IMG/VR virus record: IMGVR_UViG_3300005239_000039
Location: 1-64,000 of that record
Strand: one strand, 5' to 3'
DNA: 64,000 nucleotides
Origin: a virus
Lineage: Duplodnaviria > Caudoviricetes
Part shown: positions 1-12,300 of the stretch, in pieces
Position numbering within the stretch: position 1 is the stretch's first letter
Layout of the letters: each line of letters starts with the position of its first letter
The notes under the pieces: generated by a model
Seen by the model: the letters and a program-made list of their open reading frames with translations, nothing else
Told to the model about the DNA's origin: nothing
The model's database searches: none
Translations under genes and position numbers: made by a program

Positions 1-47
1 CAACTTCCGTCACGAAATGAAGCAATTATTAGAGGAGTGAATTAATT

Positions 48-200
48 ATGGCAGTACGTTCAAAAGTCGGTATCACCAAAGATGGTTGGATGCCTGGTAA
101 ACCCAAAAGAACTCGTCAGGGTTCTGGTAAGAACACAAAATACGCGGCGTCGTCGCGAAACTCGGCTCGTAAGATGTATAGGGGTCAAGGTCGAGGATGA
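48..200 (+). CDS. Small highly basic hypothetical protein (50 aa, MAVRSKVG...YRGQGRG)
   Basis: Read manually (below the ORF-track cutoff): ATG at 48 after GAGGAG, TGA at 198-200 overlapping the next ATG (ATGA). Confidence 0.7.
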   Translation: MAVRSKVGITKDGWMPGKPKRTRQGSGKNTKYAASSRNSARKMYRGQGRG

Positions 201-295
201 CCAAACCAGCACCTAAATGGGTGCATAAGGGCGGGAAGTCTCGCCCTGATAAGCGTTTCAAAGCAAGCGCCGCACCTAAGAAGAAAAAGAAATGA
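197..295 (+). CDS. Very small Lys-rich peptide (32 aa, MTKPAPKW...PKKKKK)
   Basis: Read manually; ATGA coupling to the upstream ORF, TGA at 293-295. Confidence 0.55.
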   Translation: MTKPAPKWVHKGGKSRPDKRFKASAAPKKKKK

Positions 296-333
296 TTATA
301 TGGGTTAAATAGGTGAAGATGCATTAAGTCATT

Positions 334-1020
334 ATGGCATGTTTGATTGCTAATCTTCCCTCACAAGAAGTATGGGTTCGTAAAGAATATCTCACCGATC
401 ACCAAAGTGGTCATGGTGAATTTGTAAAGGGCGTCTGGGTATCGGTTAAATCGATTCCTGGGCGTGCTTTTTATTTTGAGACCTATCTACCAGAATATGC
501 TGCAATGTACGATAAATTGCCTATCAGTGCCTTTGTAGCAGACCCTGAGACTCCAAGTCCAGACATGAACCTACCAAACCTTCAGTTTTGGAATTGTATG
601 GATTATGGGGTGGTCTCGGTGGATAAGAAATTTATTGGCTCAATGGACTTTGAATGTTATACAAGGGACTTTGGTAATGTAAAAGGCACCTATGTCTGTA
701 CCATTGATAACTATCATCATGATCCAGACTATGTTGATTGGGCAACAAGTGAAAATCCTGCCGAACATAAGTCTCATAACCTAATTGAACTTGAAAATGG
801 ACAGTATGCATTGTATCCAAACAATAGATTGCGTATTTTTGACAATAGTTTGACACCTGTCGAACCAAAAATGCCTGATTTTAAAGTTTCGACTCAATAT
901 TACCAAGTTGAAAACGGATTTGAACGACTTGGAATGGGACGTGAGGATGAATATTTTTGGAAGACAGCACAAGAACGTGAAAATTTATCAGAATATCCTG
1001 ATGAGGGTATAAATACATAA
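334..1020 (+). CDS. Hypothetical protein (228 aa) upstream of gp25
   Basis: Long ORF with normal composition; position before gp25 is typical of cyanomyoviruses (recalled, not searched). Confidence 0.8.
   Translation: MACLIANLPSQEVWVRKEYLTDHQSGHGEFVKGVWVSVKSIPGRAFYFETYLPEYAAMYDKLPISAFVADPETPSPDMNLPNLQFWNCMDYGVVSVDKKFIGSMDFECYTRDFGNVKGTYVCTIDNYHHDPDYVDWATSENPAEHKSHNLIELENGQYALYPNNRLRIFDNSLTPVEPKMPDFKVSTQYYQVENGFERLGMGREDEYFWKTAQERENLSEYPDEGINT
1008..1015 (+). promoter_or_regulatory. T4-type late promoter TATAAATA
   Basis: Exact T4 late -10 consensus 22 nt before the gp25 ATG. Confidence 0.8.
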
Positions 1021-1036
1021 AGTTCATGGTCTATAA

Positions 1037-1438
1037 ATGGCAACACAGCGAGTTTCAAGGGCATTTAAGGACATTTCCTTGTCTTTCGAGGCTCATCCTG
1101 TCACAAAAGATCTGCCTATATTAAAAAATGAAAGAGCAATTCAAAGAGCTGTTCGTAATTTAGTGCAGACACAGTTCACTGAAAGGTTTTTTGACTCTGA
1201 TATCGGTTCATCCGTAGCTGATTTGTTGTTTGAGTTTGTTGACTTTGGAAGTTCTTCTCAAATTCAAGAAGAAATCAAGTTAACTATTGAACAGTATGAA
1301 CCTAGAGTTGATAATATCATTGTTAACGTGAGGCCTGCACCTGATAGAAATGAATTTGAATGTGTTATAGCATATGATATCGTTGGATTAAATACACCAA
1401 CACAAGAATTTTCCTTCGTATTAGAGGCAACCAGATAA
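1037..1438 (+). CDS. gp25: Baseplate wedge subunit gp25
   Basis: FKDISLSF...ERFF...IEQYEPRV motifs, 133 aa, directly before gp6. Confidence 0.92.
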   Translation: MATQRVSRAFKDISLSFEAHPVTKDLPILKNERAIQRAVRNLVQTQFTERFFDSDIGSSVADLLFEFVDFGSSSQIQEEIKLTIEQYEPRVDNIIVNVRPAPDRNEFECVIAYDIVGLNTPTQEFSFVLEATR

Positions 1439-1439
1439 A

Positions 1440-3350
1440 ATGCCATTTACAAAGTACGCAAATTTAGATTTTGATCAAATAAGAGATCAAATTAAAGACT
1501 ATCTAAGAGCAAATTCAGATTTTTCTGATTTTGATTTTGAAGGATCAAACTTTTCCGTCTTAATTGACACTCTTGCTTATAATACTTACATCAGTTCGTT
1601 CAATGCGAACATGGTTGTCAATGAATCTTTCATTGAATCCGCAGCATTAAGAGAGAATGTTGTTTCTTTAGCGCGGAATATTGGATATACTCCGCGTTCA
1701 CGCACAGCATCTAAATCAAAAGTATCATTTTCCGTAAAATTTTCTGGTTCAAGCCAAACCGTAACACTAAAAGCGGGATTAGTTTGTGTAGGAAACACCA
1801 AAAACACTAGTTTTGTATTTTCCATTCCAGAAGATATTACTGCACTATCACCATTAGATAATGCATTAGATAATCAGATTGGTGCAAGGACTGCAATCTT
1901 CTCTGATATTGATGTGTATGAAGGTTCATATGCAATTAAGAAATTTAATGTTGAGCAATCTTTAGATCAAAGATATATTATTAACAATTCTTCTATTGAC
2001 ACCAGCACACTCAAGGTAAGAGTCAAAGGTCCACAAGATCAAGGCCTTGGTAATGAATTCGTAAGATCAGACACTATTTTCAAAATTACTTCTTCATCAG
2101 AAATTTACTTCCTACAAGAAGTAAAAGATGAACAATATGAACTATTATTTGGTGATGGTGTCATTGGTAAGAAGTTAGAAACTGGAAGTCAAATTGTTGC
2201 ATCTTACATTGTAACTAATGGCATTGATGGAAATGGAGTTGCAAATTTTAGTTTCTCTGGTGTTCTAAGAGGAGGTTCAGATGAAAGAATTTCTCCTTCT
2301 AGTAGTATAGTAGTAACAACTAACCAGAAGGCGCAGGGAGGCACTGAGATTGAATCAATACAGTCTATTAAATACTTTGCTCCTAGAACGTACTCATCGC
2401 AGTACAGGGCGGTTACGGCTGGTGATTACGAAGCAATTGTAAAGCAAGTGTTTCCTGATGCAGAGTCCGTTTCTGTAGTTGGTGGTGAAGAAATGACACC
2501 TCCAAGATTTGGAGAGGTTGAAATTTCAATCAAACCAAAAAATGATTATTTTGTATCTGATTTCAATAAAGGAATAATCTTAGGTAGACTTAAGGATTAT
2601 GCAGTTGCTGGAATCAAACAAAGTATTGTAGATCTCGAAATTTTAAATGTGGAATTGGATATTTTTGTTTATTACAATGGAAGTAAAGTTTCCAGTTTAC
2701 AAAATTTGAAGAGCTCTGTTTCATCTACATTATCAGAATTTGCAAATTCGGAGGATCTCAATAATTTTGGTGGTAGATTTAAGTATAGTAAACTACTAAA
2801 TGTAATTGATTCTACAGACACTGCTATTACTTCTAATATTACAAAAGTAAAAATTAGAAGAAACATGAAAACTCTTATCAATAATCCATCTCAATATGAG
2901 TTGTGCTTTGGTAATCAGTTCCATGTAAATCCAACTGGGGCGAATATTAAGTCAACAGGATTTAATGTTGCTGGTATTCCCGAAGTTCTTTATATGACAG
3001 ATACACCGTCTACTATTGGTGATACTGGTACTATTTCATTTATTTCGATTGATGAAAATGGCGTTTCATCTGTAAAGGTACAGAATGCTGGAAGTGTTAA
3101 TTATAAGACTGGAGAGATTAATATCTTTACAGTTAATATCGTAAACACTGTTCTTCCAAATGGAGTTATTGAAGTACAAGCATTTCCAGAAAGTAATGAT
3201 GTTATTGGATTAGAAAATTTGTATGTCGAATTGTCAATCGATAAAAGCACGATAAATATGGTGAAGGATACAATTACTTCTGGTGAACAAGTTTCGGGAA
3301 TTGGATTCCCAGTTACTTCAAGTTACTCAAACGGCAAATTAACAAGGTAA
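1440..3350 (+). CDS. gp6: Baseplate wedge subunit gp6
   Basis: LDFDQIR...DFDFEGSNFSVLIDTLAYNTY...A.LRENVVSLARNIGYTPRS N-terminus and QYRAVTAGDYE motif. Confidence 0.95.
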   Translation: MPFTKYANLDFDQIRDQIKDYLRANSDFSDFDFEGSNFSVLIDTLAYNTYISSFNANMVVNESFIESAALRENVVSLARNIGYTPRSRTASKSKVSFSVKFSGSSQTVTLKAGLVCVGNTKNTSFVFSIPEDITALSPLDNALDNQIGARTAIFSDIDVYEGSYAIKKFNVEQSLDQRYIINNSSIDTSTLKVRVKGPQDQGLGNEFVRSDTIFKITSSSEIYFLQEVKDEQYELLFGDGVIGKKLETGSQIVASYIVTNGIDGNGVANFSFSGVLRGGSDERISPSSSIVVTTNQKAQGGTEIESIQSIKYFAPRTYSSQYRAVTAGDYEAIVKQVFPDAESVSVVGGEEMTPPRFGEVEISIKPKNDYFVSDFNKGIILGRLKDYAVAGIKQSIVDLEILNVELDIFVYYNGSKVSSLQNLKSSVSSTLSEFANSEDLNNFGGRFKYSKLLNVIDSTDTAITSNITKVKIRRNMKTLINNPSQYELCFGNQFHVNPTGANIKSTGFNVAGIPEVLYMTDTPSTIGDTGTISFISIDENGVSSVKVQNAGSVNYKTGEINIFTVNIVNTVLPNGVIEVQAFPESNDVIGLENLYVELSIDKSTINMVKDTITSGEQVSGIGFPVTSSYSNGKLTR

Positions 3351-3351
3351 G

Positions 3352-6300
3352 ATGATAGAAACTGGATTTGATACAAGAGTAAAAGTCAATCAAATTATAG
3401 AAAGTCAATTACCGTCTTATGTTTCAGTAGAAACTCCAAAGGCGATTGATTTTCTGAAGCAGTATTATAAATCACAAGATTCTCAGGGCTCTCCTGCAGA
3501 TCTAATTGATAATTTAGATCAATACTTAAAGTTTGATAATATAACTCCAGAAGTAGTTTCTGGTATTACTACTCTGACATCAGATGTGTCTAGTAGTGAT
3601 ACAGTTGTTAATGTTTTATCCACAAAAGGATATCCTAATAGAGACGGTATATTTAAAATTAATGATGAGATAATTTATTATAGTGGAATCACAACCAATT
3701 CATTTACGGGTTGTATTCGTGGATTTAGCGGTATCAGTGAATATAATGATGGTGAGGTTGTATTTAATAGTACCACAGCTAAAGATCATACTATAGGGAT
3801 TGGTGTGACCAATCTCAGTACGTTATTCTTGCGTGAATATTTTAGAAATTTAAAAGTATTATATGCACCTGGATTTGAGGACGAGTCTTTTGATTCTGAT
3901 GTTGATGTAAATAACCTAGTTAAGAACTTAAAATCATTTTATCAATCTAAAGGTACTTCCGAATCAATCAATACATTAATCTCAATATTATTTGGGCAGA
4001 ACTCAAAAGTTAAAAAACAATCTGAATCTTTATTTGAGCCTTCTGAAGCATCGTTCAGAAAAAGACTAGTATTATTGACTGAAAAGGTTGATGGTGGAGA
4101 TCCATCCAAATTATCTGGTCAAACACTATTTCAGGATAATAATAGTAATAATCCAAATATTAATGGTGCTTCAGCTCCTATCTCTGAAGTAGAGGCAACT
4201 GTTAGAGGTGGAGTTACATATTATACGATTTATCTATTCCAAAGGTATCAAGAACCATCTCCTGGTTTTGATGGAAACTTTTCTATAACACCAAGTTCAA
4301 AAACTATTGGGGATACTCTCATTGGTGATAATGTAATTTTAGTAGATAGTACAATTGGATTCCCCAAGAGTGGTGTATTAAGAAATGGTAGTGATGAAAT
4401 TACTTATACTGATAAAACCATTAATCAATTCTTAAGTTGTTCTGGTATTGATTCAAATATTGCACCTGTTACAAGTATCAGAACCAATGATGTTGTATAT
4501 GGATATACAAGCGATACCAATGAAAAAGTTGAACTTAGGTTAACTGGCGTAATAACAGAATTTGATCCACAGGAAGATATCTATAATTCAAACATAGGTG
4601 AAGTTTTTGGAACCAAATCAATTGGTGCAAAAATTTTAAACCCTCCAAGTAATAAAACTTACGAAGAAATTTCATTCAACTCTTGGAAATATAATACTGC
4701 ATCAAGTATAAAAGTTAAAAGTTTTAATAGTTCTGTATTTGTTTTAGAAAGAAGTTTAGATGATGCATATCTTCGTGATGGTGATAATGTAGAAGTTGTC
4801 AATAGAGCAAATCTTGATGTTGTTGTTGGATTAACTACGGCTTCAATCACTGGTGATAAGCAAGTTGTATTATCTGGTGGTAATATTTCCGATTTGGTGC
4901 AAGGTATATCATATGATATTAGAAGGCAAATTAAAAAGGCATCCAGTACTGGAATTGAATTAAGTTATGGAAATAACACTTTAGTGTCAAATGTGTTAAA
5001 CACATATATTTCAAAAGATCGTAGTAATCTTTATGTTTCATCAAACTCTTTACCTGATTATAGTATTGATCTAAATCAAGTTCAGGTTTCAATTGCTCAA
5101 GCATCAACATCTTCTGGAACTATTGAGGATCAAGATAGTCTTGGTACTTATAATAATATTTCATTTTCTGATACTGTTCCATTTATAACTGGTGATGAGA
5201 TAGTTTATTCTGCTGGAACTGCAACTGGTCCAATTAAAGGTTTGGAGTTTGGTAGAAGTTATTTTGTTGAAGTTCAATCACCCAACAATAAAATTAAACT
5301 TTACGTTGCTAGATCATTCATTAGTAGTGGTACTAATATAAAACTAAATGTTCCTGATGATGGAAATATTGGATCTCACTTCTTTTCATTAGCAGAACAA
5401 GTTGATAAGAAGATTTCACCGCAAAAGGTTCTAAAGAAGTTTCCATTAATAAGATCATTAGATACTGGTAGTGAAACCAGTACAATTGCTGGAGCTACTG
5501 GTATTCTTGAAAATGGTGTAGAGATTACAAACTATAAAATTGATGATAAAATATTTTTTGGACCAATTGAAAAAATTAACGTTTTCAATTCTGGATCTGA
5601 TTATGATGTAGTCAATCCACCAAAATGTGTCATTTCAGATTCAGATAATTCTGGAAATACTGCACTGGCAAATGTTGCTCTAACAGGAACTCTCAAAGAT
5701 ATTCTTATTGATCCACAAGACTTTGATATTGATCGAGTTATAAACATCAGCGTAAGTGGTGGTAATGGATTTGGGGCTTTAGTCGAACCAATTGTAATTG
5801 ATAGATTTAGAGAAGTTGGATTTAATGGTAAAAATGCCTCTGATGGTGGTGGCGTCGCTGTTTATGGTGATTTTATTAGAACAATTAATAACCATAATTT
5901 AGGAAATGGTCAAGAAATTGTATATGATCCAAATGGTAATGGATCTTTAGGGGTTACTGGATTTGGAGAAACTAACGTTACTGGTAATTTCTTAGAAACT
6001 GGTGGCAAATACTTTAGCGAAATTATCGATCCAGTATCTTTTAGATTATATGAAAATGAATCAGATTTTAATAGTGGTATAAACACGGTCGGTTTTAGTA
6101 CTGGTAATATTACTAGTGGTTTACATAAATTTAGAACCGCAAAATCAACCAAGCAATTAACTGGGGTTAATGTTCTAGATGGTGGATTTGGATATGAAAA
6201 TAGACAAGTTGCTATTCAAACAACAGGTATTTCAACATCCAATAATTCATTCACATTTAAAAATCATGGTTATTCTACAGGTGAGTTAATCACATATAGT

Positions 6301-9300
6301 TCTACTGGTGATGCAATTCCAGATTTATCAATATCTAATCAGTATTATGTCATCAAGGTAGATGATAATAATTTCAGAATTTCAGATGCTGGTATTGCAG
6401 GAACTAGTTCTATTAATTTTGATAGAGGATTAACTGAAAAAATTACTGGGATTGGAACTGGTCTTCATGTATTCAATTATCCAGCAATCACCGTTGATGT
6501 TTCAGTATCCATTGCAAATACTGTAGGTGTAATAACAGCTACTCCTATTGTATTAGGTAGTATAAAAGATGCTCTTCTTTATGATAGTGGAACATCATAT
6601 GGTTCTAAAGTTTTAAACTTTCATAATAGACCAACTGTAAGTATTGATACAGGATCTGGAGCAGAATTTAGAGCGGTAATTGCTGATAAAAAGATTATTG
6701 ATATTCTAGTAACACAACCAGGAAACAACTATTTTTCTCCACCTAATATTAGTGTGGTTAGTGAATCTGGAAGTGGTTGTGTAGCAAGAGCAGTTACTAA
6801 CGCAAGTGGTCAAGTTATAGATGTAGTTGTTATCGCGAGTGGTAATAACTATGTGGCTTCAAACACTAATATTAAACCAGTATCAAGAGGCGACAGAGCA
6901 GTTCTAAGTTCATCTATTAGAAGTTTAACTCTTAACAGCAGAGCAAGATTTAAAGATTATAATGGTGAGGCTATAATTGATAAAGGTGAAAACGGTTTAC
7001 AATATGCTGTTGTTGGATATAGTCCAAAATTACAGACAGATTTTCAAGATACTGATAATACCAAACACTCACCACTAATTGGATGGGCATATGACGGAAA
7101 TCCAATTTATGGATGTTTTGGTTATACAGATTCAAATGATGAAACTTCTGCCATTAAACTAATTGAATCTGGTTATGTTACCAATATCAGTAATGTCTTC
7201 AATAGACCATCTGGATTTGAATCTGGATTATTTGTTGAAGATTATTTGTTTACTGATGCTGGTGACTTAGATAAGCACAATGGCAAATTTACTAAAACAC
7301 CAGAGTTTCCAAATGGAACTTATGCATACTTTGCAACATTAGAACTAGATCCACTAACTGGAGATCTTACATCTATTTTCCCATATTTTGTGGGTGATTC
7401 ATATAGGTCCAATGTTATTGAAGAAAATCTTGCAGGATCTTCAGTAACATTAACTCAAGATTTTGATTTTATTGGAAATGAATTAATTAGAAATACTTTC
7501 CCGTACAACGTTGCAGAAGTTGGTGCTGATTATAATTTCTTTACTCAACCTTATAATTTTGATGATCAAAGAGTCGTTATAAAATCTAGATCAACAGGTG
7601 GATTAGATGGTATTTCTATTGTTAATAAAGGAATAAACTATAAAGTTGGTGATAATATTGTATTTGATAATAGTGAAACAACTGGTGGAGGAATATCGGC
7701 TCAGGTATCAGAAGTTACTGGAGATAATATTGTTAGCATAACAAAAGAATTTTTGACATATGATAAATTTATATTTGAAACTATTAATGGAAATCAGGTA
7801 ACTGGATTTATTTCAACATATCATGATTTAGAACCTGAAAATATTATCAAAATTTCTGGTCTTTCAACTTATGTTGCTAATTTGTCTGGTGATGTGACTA
7901 TTGGAGTTCCATTTGACGACTTCAGTTTAACTGACAACGTAGCAGCAGAAGCTGTTGGTGGCATGACTACAGATCTCCCAATCTCAAATATTCCAGAGTT
8001 TTTAAGACCAAACTCCGAAATTGAAATTAATGATGAGACTCTTACAGTTCTTAATGTTTACAAACCATTAAATATTGCTGGTAGATTTAATAACATCCTT
8101 AGAGCAGTAAGAGGAACCTCTGGATCTGGTCACACTGTTGGAGCTGCTATAACAGTAAAATCCAGCCAAATAACATTTAGTTTTAATGGTCCAACTTTAG
8201 ATTCCAAAGTAAATGATATTGTATATTTCAACCCAATAGAAGCAGTTGGATTTGGAACTACTCTAGGTATAGCAATTGATACAGATTATGCTATTGGCGG
8301 TATAACAACTGATAGAAGTATCCCAACATACTCAATCTATCTTGAAGATCATCCATTTACCGATAACCAACCTATTAAGATTGTAAAACCAGCAAGTGGT
8401 AATGCTATTTCAGTATCTACAGTTGGTGCTGCTTATACTTTCACTCTTCCTTTAACTGGAAATGAACAACTAGTATATGCTGTTAATAAAGGTCCAAATA
8501 TCATTGGTATTAAAACGTCTTTAGATACTGCAGAAATTAATTTCCGTTCTTGTGATACAAATGATTATCAATATCAAATCACATCAGCATATAAGCAGGT
8601 AACTGGTAAAGTAGAAAGGTTATCTGCAAGAGTATCAACAGCATCTTCTCATGGTCTTCAAAAAAATGATAAAGTTTCATTTACAGTAAAACCAAATCTG
8701 ACAGTTGGTGCTGGAACATCAACAGCAATAAGGGTTGTATTTGATGAGTTTACTCAAAATACTGTTATTGATCCAATTGGATTTAGTTCATCTTCAGTCG
8801 GTCTTTCAAGCTCTAAATTTATTATTCCAAGTCATGGATTAGTTACTGGTGACTTAGTATTTTATGATGCGAACGAAACAACTGGTATTGATACTGGAAA
8901 ATACTTTGTGTTTTCTGATGATCCAGATCTATTCTCATTTGCAGAAACTAAAATTGATCTTCAGGGACAAAACATTAGATTAGTTACCTTTACCAAAGTT
9001 GGTGGAACTTCACATACAATATCTAAAGTAAATCCCCAAATAAAAGTAACCAGAAATAATAATATTAAATTTGATGTATCAGATAGTTCCTTATCTGGTT
9101 ATAATTTTAAAATTTTCTATGATTCTGATTATAGAAATGAACTTATAGGAACTGGAAGTTCTGAGGCATTTGAGATAACTGGAATTGGAACTGTTGGAAT
9201 GGGAACTGCCAGCGTTACTATTCAGTTTAACGAATATTTACCAGAGCAACTATATTATAACTTAGAAAAAACTTCAAATAATACTCTTGTAGAATCTGAT

Positions 9301-12300
9301 ATTTCAGTAGATAATTTCTCAAGAATTTTATATATTGATAGTGAGTATTCTAAAAACACAACTGTCGTTGGATTGGGAACTGTAGTTACAACATTCTTAG
9401 TCAATCTTCCAGAAAAACCTGAAAAAGATTCCTATACTTCTTCTGATGTTGATAAGTTAGAATATTCTACAAAATCAACTACTGCTATCGGCGGAATTTC
9501 CAAACTTAATATCTTATCTAAAGGAACTAATTATGATAAACTTCCTGGAATATCAACGATCACCTCAGAATTGGGAGTTAATGCTGAAATTGTTCCAAAA
9601 TCAACTAATATTGGTTTATTAGATAGAACTGCAGTTGAGAAACCTGGATTTGACTTTCCTGTTGATAAAACTCTAAAACCAGTAGCTGACATTCCAGCAA
9701 TACATGAACTTACAAATTACTTTACTACTGGTAATGTCTCACCAGTCTATGGTGGAAGAAACTTTATTACTCCTCCAAATCTAGTTCTTGTAAATTCATC
9801 AAATAATACTTTAGTTGATGAGGTAGTTCTCATTGCAGAATTAGACGCTGGAAGTATTGATAAAGTAGTCGTTGTAAATTCTGGAAGTGGTCTTCAGGGT
9901 GTTGGCCACAGTGTTTACAGTTTAATTAATGATAATGGTTTAAGTATCACTAAGATTGATAGTGTTCAAACAGGAATTATGACTCTAACTGTTGTAACTC
10001 CAGTATTAGGATTCTCAACAAGCCCATTACAAGCAGGTGATGAAGTATTCGTTGATGGTATTCAGGAATATACAGGAGAAGGTGACGGATTTAATTCTAA
10101 AGATTATGGATTTAGATTCTTTGAGGTAACTGCATTTAATAGTGGTATCAACCCTGCTGAAGTTACAATTAATCTAAGTGGAATAGGAACAGGATCTCCT
10201 GGAGTTGGTGTTACTAATGTTAACTTTGGATCTATTGTCAAGAAAGAATCTTATCCAACATTCTCCGTAGAAATTCTCGAAACTAATTTTATTGAAAATG
10301 AACCTATACTCTTGGTAAATCAAGCAGGTAATCTAACTAAAACAACTCTAACAGTAGATTCTTCTGATAAGTCAACTCTCAAAACTAGAGGTGATCTAGA
10401 AGTAAATATTGGTGATGTACTTCTTGGTTCAGTTTCTGGAGTTAGAGGAACTGTTGTAGAATCTAAATCTTTTGATGGATTTTACAATGTTGGATATGGA
10501 TCTACAATTAACTTTGGTTGGTTGACAAATAAAGGAGTATTAAATGATGATACTCAAGTTATATCAGATAATAATTATTATCAAAAATTAGCATACAGTA
10601 TTAAGAGTCCTGTTAAATTTGAGGATTTGATTGGTCCAGTCAATCGTTTGGCACATATTTCAGGTACAAAGAATTTTGCTGATACCGAAATAACTTCAGT
10701 AGCTGTTGCTTCTACTAATTTTATTGATGATGGCACACAATCTATAGTTATTGACTTATTCTCTGAATCAGACGTAACAACTAATAATTTCTTTGATTTT
10801 GCAGTTGATACTGATGTTGAACAGAGTGTAACTAATTTTAGTCAACTTTCTACAAATTCAATTAAATTTGGAACTAAAAAACTCACCAACTTTATTGAAT
10901 GTTTAACTAATAGAGTTCTGAGTATTGATGATATCAGTGGATCATTCATTGATAGAGAAAACTTAGTTGGTAATTTTAAAGATATTATAAATTACCCCAG
11001 TGGAACAGGATATTCTAGATTTACAATTGTAGTAACTGACGTTGTTGATCAAACATCATTTCAAATTTATGATTTAATTATTATTTCTGATGGTAATAAT
11101 AATACATTCTTATTAGAAAAAGCGAATGTTAAATCTAATGCCCAACAACAAGTAGATCTTGAAAATGAAAAAGAAAGTCTAGGAGAGTTTACTGTAGAAT
11201 TTATTCAATTGAATGGAACGATTGCTCTAAGATTTACTCCATCAAATCAGGCAAAAACTTATGATATAAAAGCTTTCCGTCAATTATTTGATTCAAGAAG
11301 TACTGGTATTGGAACCAACATTATTGGTGATACAAATATAATAGGATTAACAACTGTAATTGGAGCTGGATCTACAGATCAAATTATTGGACTTGCTAGT
11401 AGCGAATTCAATTCAATCTTTGCATATGTTGAAGTTACAGATAATACAACTTCTGAAAGAGAATATGCAGAAATAACTGTTCTTCATGATGGGGTCAACG
11501 CATATCTTGGTCAATATGGATTTGATAGTAGTGAAAGATTGCTAAGTTTCTCACCTATCGGTACATTTGGTGCCAATATAGTAAATGATGTTCTAAAATT
11601 AGAATTCCATAATGATGGCACAAATACTGCCACAATTAAAGCAAATGTTGTTGGATTCACAACCACCAATGTTGGATTGAGATCAGAACACTTTAAACTT
11701 TCAACACAGGAAAATGGTACAGAGAGAACAGCAAGAATAGAATCTAATGTAATTCAAGAAACTGCTAATGCTGGTTATGGCATTACAGTTGTTGGAATCA
11801 CATCAATCATTGATCGCTTTGCAAAATCAGTTATTAGAGTTTCTAGTGGAAATACCGAGTCATTAAGCCAAGTTTTATTTGCTCAGGAGTTTGCTCAACA
11901 GGATACTTTTGTTCTTGAATATCCACAATTGGGTATAAACACAGCAATTGGTCTTGGAACATTTAGTGCTCAATATAATGGAGATTTCTGTGAGTTAATT
12001 TTCTTACCTGATACAAAATATATTGGTGATGAAATTAGAATTGAAGAATTTAGTGAGATTGTTTATAGTGATCTAGATACAAACCTCAATCAAATTCCTG
12101 AATTTGGATTTGGAACTGCTATTGAAGTTGTTGTACAGGCAAAATACACTCCAGAAGACAGAACTAATTTTACTTTAGAATATGAAGGTTATCCAATTTT
12201 TGCAAGAAGATTTAATCCTGCAAATACTTCAGTATTCAATCAGACAACAGGAAACATTTTCTTAGAAAATCATTTTATGAACAATGGCCAGGATATCAAG

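Noticed and set aside
73-324. 83-aa minus-strand ORF
   Set aside because: It overlaps two better-supported coupled + strand ORFs and has no recognisable features.
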